Below, one piece after another: positions 25,381 to 34,796 of a stretch of 64,000 bases of DNA (within the stretch, counting starts at the first letter, position 1; the number at the start of each line of letters is the position of its first letter). The stretch lies in the NCBI RefSeq assembly GCF_963921235.1, contig NC_086097.1:52578001-52642000 (forward strand). The letters run 5' to 3'. The translations under genes and the position numbers were made by a program. Below the pieces are notes generated by a model. That model worked only from the letters and a program-made list of their open reading frames with translations, ran no database searches and was not told the DNA's origin. The stretch comes from Mobula hypostoma (taxonomy: Eukaryota).

Positions 25381-26110
25381 AGATAGGGTATATACTGTAG
25401 TCAAACTCCTTCCCCCATGGTAGGGGTTATAACAAGCTGAAGATTCAAGATGAGAGAAAGCAGATATGAATGGGATCTGAGGGGGAAGTTTTTGCAATTC
25501 AGAAATTAGTTGATATGTGGAATGAAACCAAAGGATGTGAAGTATGCAGATGCAATAACTCCACTTAGGGGACACCTAGACAGACACTTAAAAAGGCATA
25601 GAAAGTCCTGATCTAATGCAGGCAAATGGGATGAGCATAAGTGTTGGCAAGGACATGGTGGGCCATTTCTGTAATGTACAATTTGAAACAGGTCATGGAG
25701 TTTTAAAATTAATGATTTGAGAGGATGGAAGCAATAGATGGATAACATTGAACAACACTGAGAAAGTTGGACCTTGGGACAATGAAGGAAAACTATATAT
25801 AAAATATTACAAGAAATATTTAGCAAACCATCTGTTAAGTAAGGGAGCTCAACTCAAGATCAACTCATCAAAGCTGGATTTGAAATAACAGTGGCGAGAT
25901 CTATAGATAGAAAAGCAGTTTCTCAGAGCATTGACAAGAGCCACAAATGGTAGCTTTAATTTACTAATATTGTAATGTTAGAAAAAAAACATAGAAGATC
26001 CTGATTAAACGCAAACAACAGGAATTCTGCAGATGCTGGAAATTCAAGCAACATACATCAAAGTTGCTGGTGAACGCAGCAGGCCAAGCAGCATCTATAG
26101 GAAGAGGCGC

Positions 26111-26146
26111 AGTCGACGTTACAGGCCGAGACCCTTCGTCAGGACT
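26111..26146 (-). ncRNA. Hammerhead ribozyme with a core mutation (GAAA to GUAA), probably inactive
   Basis: Same motif as the other copies, but plus-strand A at 26121 replaces T. Confidence 0.7.
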
Positions 26147-26443
26147 AACTGAAGGAAGAGTGAGTAAGGGATTTGAAAGCTGGAGGGGGAGGGGGAGATG
26201 CAAAATGATAGGAGAAGACAGGAGGGGGAGGGATAGAGCCGAGAGCTGGACAGGTGATAGGCAAAAGGGGATACGAGAGGATCATGGGACAGGAGGTCCG
26301 GGAAGAAAGACGGGGGGGTGTGGGGTGACCCAGAGGATGGGCAAGAGGTATATTCAGAGGGACAGAGGGAGAAAAAGGAGAGTGAGAGAAAGAATGTGTG
26401 CATAAAAATGAGTAACAGCTGGGGTACGAGGGGGAGGTGGGGC

Positions 26444-27346
26444 CTAGCGGAAGTTAGAGAAGTCAATATTCATGCCATCAGGTTGGAGGCTACCCAGACG
26501 GAATATAAGGTGTTGTTCCTCCAACCTGAGTGTGGCTTCATCTTTACAGTAGAGGAGGCCGTGGATAGACATGTCAGAATGGGAATGGGATGTGGAATTA
26601 AAATGTGTGGCCACTGGGAGATCCTGCTTTCTCTGGCGGACAGAGCGTAGATGTTCAGCAAAGCGGTCTCCCAGTCTGCGTTGGGTCTCACCAATATATA
26701 AAAGGCCGCATCGGGAGCACCGGACGCAGTATATCACCCCAGTCGACTCACAGGTGAAGTGATGCCTCACCTGGAAGGACTGTTTGGGGCCCTGAATGGT
26801 GGTAAGGGAGGAAGTGTAAGGGCATGTGTAGCACTTGTTCCGCTTACACGGATAAGTGCCAGGAGGGAGATCAGTGGGGAGGGATGGGGGGGACGAATGG
26901 ACAAGGGAGTTGTGTAGGGAGCGATCCCTGCGGAATGCAGAGAGAGGGGGGGAGGGAAAGATGTGCTTAGTGGTGGGATCCCGTTGGAGGTGGCGGAAGT
27001 TACGGAGAATAATATGCTGGACCCGGAGGCTGGTGGGGTGGTAGGTGAGGACCAGGGGAACCCTATTCCTAGTGGGGTGGTGGGAGGATGGAGTGAGAGC
27101 AGATGTACGTGAAATGGAGGAGATGCGTTTAAGAGCAGAGTTGATAGTGGAGGAAGGGAAGCCCCTTTCTTTAAAAAATGAAGACATCTCCCTCGTCCTA
27201 GAATGAAAAGCCTCATCCTGAGAGCAGATGCGGCGGAGACGGAGGAATTGCGAGAAGGGGATGGTGTTTTTGCAAGAGACAGGGTGAGAAGAGGAATAGT
27301 CCAGATAGCTGTGAGAGTCAGTAGGCTTATAGTAGACATCAGTGGA
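26444..27346 (-). pseudogene. 5'-truncated PLE ORF (RT thumb and GIY-YIG)
   Basis: Open frame from STDVYYKPTDSH to MNIDFSNFR. Confidence 0.9.
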
Positions 27347-29077
27347 CAACTCGCGGATACCTCCTCTTATTTACCCCTCGATCGTGACCCCACCAAGGAG
27401 CACCAGGCCATTGTCTCCCACACTATCAACGACTTTATCCGCTCAGGGGATCTCCCATCCACTGCTACCAACCTTATAGTTCCCACACCCCGCACTTCCC
27501 GTTTCTACCTCCTACCCAAGATCCACAAACCTGCCTGTCCTGGCCGACCTATTGTCTCAGCTTGCTCCTGCCCCACCGAACTCGTTTCTGCATACCTCGA
27601 CACTGTTTTATCACCCCTTGTTCAATCCCTTCCGACCTATGTTCGTGACACTTCTCACGCTCTTAAACTTTTCGATGATTTTAAGTTCCCTGGCCCCCAC
27701 CGCTTTATTTTCACCATGGATGTCCAGTCCTTATATACTTCCATCCCCCATCAGGAAGGTCTCAAAGCTCTACGCTTCTTTTTGGATTCCAGACCTAATC
27801 AGTTCCCCTCTACCACCACTCTGCTCCGTCTAGCGGAATTAGTCCTTACTCTTAATAATTTCTCCTTTTGCTCCTCCCATTTCCTCCAAACTAAAGGTGT
27901 AGCTATGGGCACCCGTATGGGTCCTAGCTATGCCTGCCTTTTTGTTGGGTTTGTGGAACAATCTATGTTCCGTGCCTATTCTGGTATCTGTCCCCCACTT
28001 TTCCTTCGCTATATCGACGACTGCATTGGCGCTGCTTCCTGCACGCATGCAGAACTCGTTGACTTTATTAACTTTGCCTCCAACTTTCACCCTGCCCTCA
28101 AATTTACCTGGTCTATTTCCGACACCTCCCTCCCCTTTCTAGATCTTTCTGTCTCTGTCTCTGGAGACAGCTTATCCACTGATGTCTACTATAAGCCTAC
28201 TGACTCTCACAGCTATCTGGACTATTCTTCTTCTCACCCTGTCTCTTGCAAAAACGCCATCCCCTTCTCGCAATTCCTCCGTCTCCACCGCATCTGCTCT
28301 CAGGATGAGGCTTTTCATTCTAGGACGAGGGAGATGTCTTCATTTTTTAAAGAAAGGGGCTTCCCTTCCTCCACTATCAACTCTGCTCTTAAACGCATCT
28401 CCTCCATTTCACGTACATCTGCTCTCACTCCATCCTCCCACCACCCCACTAGGAATAGGGTTCCCCTGGTCCTCACCTACCACCCCACCAGCCTCCGGGT
28501 CCAACATATTATTCTCCGTAACTTCCGCCACCTCCAACGGGATCCCACCACTAAGCACATCTTTCCCTCCCCCCCTCTCTCTGCATTCCGCAGGGATCGC
28601 TCCCTACACAACTCCCTTGTCCATTCGTCCCCCCCATCCCTCCCCACTGATCTCCCTCCTGGCACTTATCCGTGTAAGCGGAACAAGTGCTACACATGCC
28701 CTTACACTTCCTCCCTTACCACCATTCAGGGCCCCAAACAGTCCTTCCAGGTGAGGCAACACTTCACCTGTGAGTCGGCTGGGGTGATATACTGCGTCCG
28801 GTGCTCCCGATGTGGCCTTTTATATATTGGTGAGACCCGACGCAGACTGGGAGACCGCTTTGCTGAACATCTACGCTCTGTCCGCCAGAGAAAGCAGGAT
28901 CTCCCAGTGGCCACACATTTTAATTCCACATCCCATTCCCATTCTGACATGTCTATCCACGGCCTCCTCTACTGTAAAGATGAAGCCACACTCAGGTTGG
29001 AGGAACAACACCTTATATTCCGTCTGGGTAGCCTCCAACCTGATGGCATGAACATTGACTTCTCTAACTTCCGCTAG
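27203..29077 (+). CDS. PLE reverse transcriptase plus GIY-YIG endonuclease ORF (first 48 codons come from the antisense of the left arm)
   Basis: No stops. Motifs FYLLPKIHK, GRPIVS, TMDVQSLYTSI, QTKGVAMGTRMGPSYA, RYIDD, LPFLD, CKRNKCYTC and VIYCVRCSRCGLLYIGET; native N-terminus missing. Confidence 0.85.
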   Translation: MKSLILRADAAETEELREGDGVFARDRVRRGIVQIAVRVSRLIVDISGQLADTSSYLPLDRDPTKEHQAIVSHTINDFIRSGDLPSTATNLIVPTPRTSRFYLLPKIHKPACPGRPIVSACSCPTELVSAYLDTVLSPLVQSLPTYVRDTSHALKLFDDFKFPGPHRFIFTMDVQSLYTSIPHQEGLKALRFFLDSRPNQFPSTTTLLRLAELVLTLNNFSFCSSHFLQTKGVAMGTRMGPSYACLFVGFVEQSMFRAYSGICPPLFLRYIDDCIGAASCTHAELVDFINFASNFHPALKFTWSISDTSLPFLDLSVSVSGDSLSTDVYYKPTDSHSYLDYSSSHPVSCKNAIPFSQFLRLHRICSQDEAFHSRTREMSSFFKERGFPSSTINSALKRISSISRTSALTPSSHHPTRNRVPLVLTYHPTSLRVQHIILRNFRHLQRDPTTKHIFPSPPLSAFRRDRSLHNSLVHSSPPSLPTDLPPGTYPCKRNKCYTCPYTSSLTTIQGPKQSFQVRQHFTCESAGVIYCVRCSRCGLLYIGETRRRLGDRFAEHLRSVRQRKQDLPVATHFNSTSHSHSDMSIHGLLYCKDEATLRLEEQHLIFRLGSLQPDGMNIDFSNFR

Positions 29078-29370
29078 GCCCCACCTCCCCCTCGTACCCC
29101 AGCTGTGACTCATTTTTATGCACACATTCTTTCTCTCACTCTCCTTTTTCTCCCTCTGTCCCTCTGAATATACCTCTTGCCCATCCTTTGGGTCACCCCC
29201 CCCCCGTCTTTCTTCCCGGACCTCCTGTCCCATGATCCTCTCGTATCCCCTTTTGCCTATCACCTGTCCAGCTCTCGGCTCTATCCCTCCCCCTCCTGTC
29301 TTCTCCTATCATTTTGCATCTCCCCCTCCCCCTCCAGCTTTCAAATCCCTTACTCACTCTTCCTTCAGTT

Positions 29371-29406
29371 AGTCCTGACGAAGGGTCTCGGCCTGAAACG
29401 TCGACT
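29371..29406 (+). ncRNA. Minimal type I hammerhead ribozyme
   Basis: AGTCCTGACGAAGGGTCTCGGCCTGAAACGTCGACT; predicted cleavage after C29402. Confidence 0.85.
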
Positions 29407-29709
29407 GCGCCTCTTCCTATAGATGCTGCTTGGCCTGCTGCGTTCACCAGCAACTTTGATGTATGTTGCTTGAAGATCCTGATTAACATTGGTCTATACT
29501 AGAAATATGGACTAGGAAAACTGAGCACCCATAGCTGCTTCCCCATTGTTGGGGTAGAAAGTAAAGAAAGAATTTGTTGCATGGAGAAGCCTCTTTTAAC
29601 CCTACTAAAGGTATGGGGACGTACAGCAGGCTGAAGTAAATTTTATGCCAGTTTTAAAAAGGAATGCTCAGAAGTGTGCAAACTACATTTCACCTCAGCT
29701 TTGGTTGCA

Positions 29710-30110
29710 TTAGAACATGAATAGTACAGCACAGTACAGGGCATTTACCCACAATGTTGCACCATCCTTTCAACCTTCTCTAAGATCAATCTAACCCCCT
29801 TGAACCTGTCTAAAAGTCTCTTAAATGTCCTTAATGCAGGGGTTGGGAACCCCTGCCCTAATGTATCAGCATCCACCGCCAGCCCAGGTAGTACACTCCA
29901 GACAGACACCAATCTGTGTGAAAAAAAACTTCCTCTGACATTCTCCCAATACCAATCAACTTAATATTATCCCCTCCCATAGTTGCTATTGCGCTCCCCC
30001 CGCCCCGTAAAAGACGCTTGCTGTCCACTCTGTCTATATCTCTTATCATGTTATACACCTCTTATGCTCCTAGCTCACTCGGCCTTTCCTCATAAGACAT
30101 CCTCTATAAT
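29710..30110 (-). mobile_element. Old CR1 3' fragment
   Basis: AGTACAGCACAGTACAGG 3'-end motif; minus strand MYNMIRDIDRVDS. Confidence 0.7.
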
Positions 30111-31039
30111 CCACGATTGTTTCAAAAGAGTTTCAGCTAAAAGAAAAAAATAATAATCATACAAGATTACAGTTTAAGATTTTAAAGAAATGGTGTCAAG
30201 TCCACATTAGCAACTCATCACCATTTCCAACAGATGGAGCACTATCTGCCAAACATACTCTAATGCTGTTCACGCTGCACGTTAATTCAGAACATAATTT
30301 GTAGTCTCATTCGGATACCAGCAGAAACAACACTGCTAACTAGATAATGGTCACTACTGGACAGTTATGCTTACATTTTTAAGTTATAATATATGTTCTG
30401 GTGAATAACTTTTTTAGCTTTAAGTGGTTTCTAGTTAAGTATTTTTAGATCTCTTTTTAAACTCTTTCACATCTGAATGCAGTTCTAAAAATGTTGAAAT
30501 AGGTATAACACCAGTAGGAAGAGGGGATTGAACGGCTTGTGTCTGCTGGCCCTAGCACACTGCTTGACTTTCTAATCTCACATAGAATGATAAAGCTGTT
30601 CGGCCCACCAAGTCTGTGCCAACCATACTATTCTCCCCTCATTCCCACCATTCAGTTTCCCCAATCTCTTACACAATTGAGAGCATTCAGAGTGGGCAAT
30701 TATCCTAAAAATCTGCACGTCTCTGGGACATAGGAGGAAATGATGGTGGCTGGAGAAAACCCGCATTATCACAGGGAAGATAAACAAACTCCTACAAATG
30801 GCACCACAGGTCAAGATTGAATCCCAGTTTCTGGAGCCACGAGACGGCAGTTCTAATATTTACTCTACTATCATCTTTTGTTGACTTTCAGCGACTTTTG
30901 CACAAGTACGTCTAGACCTTTTTAAACTCATACTCTCAACATTTTTTTTTAGTGCGCATGCACCGGTCGTGCATGCAGCCTGGTACAGCCAATCCGATCT
31001 ATTCTTACTTTTTTCTTCATACCTTTTAATTTACATTAC

Positions 31040-31770
31040 TTTTTTGTATTTTTTTTCTCACGGTAACACGTTGAAGCTGCACCCTCTCTAACATGCTGGT
31101 AGAGAGAGTTTTATTTGGGTTTTCTTTAGCGCTGGAAATGGTTACATCCCGACACGCGGGACAGAAACAGGTCGCATTGTATATTCCACGGACCAGCAAA
31201 GACCGGCTGGCTTAGCGAACAGAGCGGTGGACACCCCTGCTGAAATCCGGAGGAAAGCACACAGAGGGGGATCACAAAGCCGAGGAACGAGGACTGGATC
31301 GAGACAACAGAGACTTTTGGAGAAGAGGAGTTCGGTGGGTAATACCGTTCGGGCTGACCGGAAGTGCACTGAGAGCGGTAAGTGTGAAGGAATTGGGTGC
31401 TTACTGTTCTGGCTAACAACGGATGGTGCAATCCGGGGTATATTACGATCGAGGAACATGTTTGCAGACTGGATATTGAACTTTTTACTATTGGACTTCG
31501 GCCACATTCCACCGTGATACAACACTTGGCGGCACGGGAGGTCGTTCCTGCCTGTGGCCATCGAACGTGCAGGTCCTCCCGTGGAGGGTCAGACACCCTG
31601 AGCCAATAGACTGGTCCTGGACTTATTTTCCATCTGGCATAGTTTGTATTTTGGTGTTTGATTGCTGGGGTTTTTTGTATTGCTATATTTACGCTCTATT
31701 CGTGGTTGGTGCGGCTGTAACGAAACCAAATTTCCCTCGGGATTAATAATGTATATCTATCTATCTATCT
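31040..31770 (+). mobile_element. Internally deleted Rex1/Babar-like element
   Basis: APE fragments RADRKCTESGK and VLANNGWCN..VCRLDIELFTIGLRP joined to a 3' end AATTTCCCTCGGGATTAATAA plus (CTAT)n; no RT. Confidence 0.6.
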
Positions 31771-32714
31771 TTAAAAAAACCTTTCATTCCTTCCCTTTTC
31801 CATGTGTCAAAGACATAGATAATCTTTGGTAAGCAGTTAAAGCACTAGGAAGATACCATCAGAAATGTCTCCCTAGAATTTCCAAACTTACTGGCAAGAT
31901 CGTAAACCAATGTCAATTTCCTCTCCCAAACTAACATTGGGAACACTTTTCCTAAATCTTCCTCACCAGATTTCCAAAGCAGGCACTTGATTCAGAGCTA
32001 AAAGCCAGTCCCTGTGCTGTTCTCTTCTATGTTCTATATGTCATGGAACTAGAAAAGCACCAAGCCACGAGAGTTTCAAAAGGTTCCCCTGTTCGAAGGT
32101 TCACAGTCATTTATTATCAAAGCATGTATCCCTATACAACTCTGAGATTTGTCTTCTCCAGATAGCCCCAAAACAAAGAAAGTTGAAGGTTGTTTAGAGA
32201 GAAACATCAAACTCACACCACCCTCTGTACAAAAGAGAATGGCATCCTGAACATCAAATCCCCCAAAGCCCCCCTCCCCTTATACAAAATGGAACAGAAA
32301 CATAAACATCAACACCCCCCCCCCAAAAAATCCCTCCCCACACAAAAAACTAACAGAACATCAGGTGTTCAGACAGGAACACCTAGCAGCCATGAGCAAG
32401 AAACGGAGGAATCTTCCTTTAACTCAGTCAGCTCTCTCACCTGCCCCCATGAAGCTCCATTTAGTCCAACCGTGGTGGAAAATCACCTCAGATCCTACAG
32501 AACTGTAGTGAAAACCCCAATGGGCTAACTAATGAAGTGGCTGTATATGAAACCCACGAGTACTTTTTGACTAGTTCTCCTCTAGTTCGATCAGTTTACT
32601 TGCCGCACTGTCATGTTCTTTTGCCTTATACCACCATCTCTTGTATTGAATGTCATGATTTCTCACCTATTGAAGAATTTTTTGAACTCCCCATTATCTA
32701 AAGTCCCTTTACCC

Positions 32715-33190
32715 TGAGTTTTTTGATGAGGTGGGTGAGGTAGAGTTGCAGATGTTGTACACAAGGATTTTAGTAAGGCTAGGGTCCCTCATGGGAGACT
32801 TTTCCAGAAGATTAAGATGCATGAGATCCATGGACATTTGGATACAGAACTGGCTTGCCCATAGAAGACGAAGGGTAGTGGTCTAAGCTGGATATCTGAG
32901 ATTAGTGCTGTTCTGCAGGGATCTGTGCTGGGACCTCTGCTTTTTGTGAAATATGTATAAATGACCTGGATAAAATGTAGATGGACGGATTAGTAAGTCT
33001 GCAGATGATATGAAGATTGGTGGTGTTTGGATGACACTAAAGACTGGGAAAGAATACAAGTGGATATAGATCAGTTGCAGATGTGCACAGAGAAATGGTC
33101 AAAAATGAAGTGTTGCACCTTGGTAGGTCAAATGCAACGAGGGCAAGATCCTTTACAGTGTTGGTGAACAGAGGGATCTTAGAGTCTAAA
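32715..33190 (+). mobile_element. Old CR1 RT fragment, followed by a Rex1-like 3' fragment (~33300-33730)
   Basis: Degenerate QGSVLGPLLF and SKSADDMKIGG; then SIIKDP..PGHALFSPLPSGRRYRS. Confidence 0.65.
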
Positions 33191-34796
33191 TTCCACAACA
33201 AAATAGTGCCTATGAACCATGGCAAAATGTTGTGGGGTGCTTATAAATCTTCTAAATATACCTCTTCTGAATTACTCTCACTGAAGTTTTCAGTCTGTAA
33301 TATCCCTTCGAGTGCTGTCGCAAGAAAGCAGCATCCATCATCAAGGACCCCCACCAGCCAGGCCATGCTCTCTTCTCACCGCTGCCATCAGGAAGAAGGT
33401 ACAGGAGTCTCTAGTCCCACACTCTGGAACAGTTACAAACCCGCAACCATCAGGTTTTTGAACCAATGGGGATAACTCCTCTCAACTTCACTCACCCCAT
33501 CACTGAACTGCTCCCACAACCTATGGACTCATTTCGAGGACTCTTTATTTCATGTTCTTGTTATTTATTGCACATATATTTATTACTACTATTTCTTTTT
33601 TTCTTTTGTATTTGCAGTTTGTTGTCTTTTGCACACTGGTTATTTATACATCCTGTTAGGGGCGGTCTTTCATTGATTCTATTATATACCTTAGATTAGA
33701 TGTGTATGCCCACAAGAAAAAGAATCTCATTATTGTACAGTTCTGTGCAAAAGTCTTATGCACTCTAGATTTTTATATAAATTTTGTTTTAGATGTGTAT
33801 GTTTTGTCATCTGCATTAGTGTGTCAGGAGAAAGAACAAATTTTAGATTTCCATGCAATCATTTTCCAAAAAAATTGCAGATTACAGAGAAATATTTGTA
33901 TTTAGTTAAAGTAAGTAACATATTAAGTTTCGTCGGCCATTATCCTCTGTCTTCTATGGGCAAGCCAGTTCTGAATCCAAACAGCTAATTCACTACGGAT
34001 CCTATGCAGCTTAATCTTCTGGATTAGCCTCCCACGAGGGACCTTGTCAAATGCTTTACTAAAATCCATGCAGACAATATCCACAGCTCTACCTTTATCC
34101 ACCACCCTCAGCAACTTGCCAGAAAGCTCAATCAAGTAAGTGAGACATGACCTGCCCAACACAAAACCATGCTGGACTACCCAGGCCATGTCCTGTTCTC
34201 ATCAGGGAAGGAGGTACAGAAGCCTGAAGGCACACATTTAATGATTCAGGAACAGCTTCTTTCCCTCTGCCATCCCATTCCTGAATGGACGTTAAAACCA
34301 CAGACACTACCTTATTACATTTTATTTCTGTTTTGTTTAATTTAACTGTTTGATACACATACAGTGTATTTGATATACATACTGTAATTCACAGATTTTT
34401 CTATATTATTATGCATTGCATTGTACTGCAGCCACAAAGTTAACAAATTTCATTACATGTGCCGGTGATATTAAACCTGATTCTACTTCTGGCTATCTCT
34501 AATTAGGCCATGGTTTTCCAAAAGCTCATAAATCTTACCTCTAAGAATTCTCTCCAGTAACTTCCCTATCGCTGATGTGAATCTCACCAGTCTATAATTT
34601 TCAGTATTATCCCTGGTTCCCTTCTTGAGTAATGGGAAAATATTAACTACTCACTTGTCCTCCAGGACCTCACCCATGGCTAAAAAGGACATGAAGATGT
34701 TGGCCAAGGACCCAGCAATCTCTTCTCTTGCTTCTCTCAATAACCTGGAGTATAATCCATCAGGCCCTGGGTACTTCTGCACCTACTGTTCTTTAA

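Larger units (their letters stand above)
26009..29471. mobile_element. Penelope-like element (Neptune type), tail-out inverted dimer #2: left arm 26009-27346 (-), right arm 27347-29471 (+)
   Basis: ~1.3-kb inverted repeat with about 1% differences by eye; 15-bp TSD GAAGATCCTGATTAA at 25994-26008 and 29472-29486; junction CAGTGGA|CAACTCGC. Confidence 0.97.
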
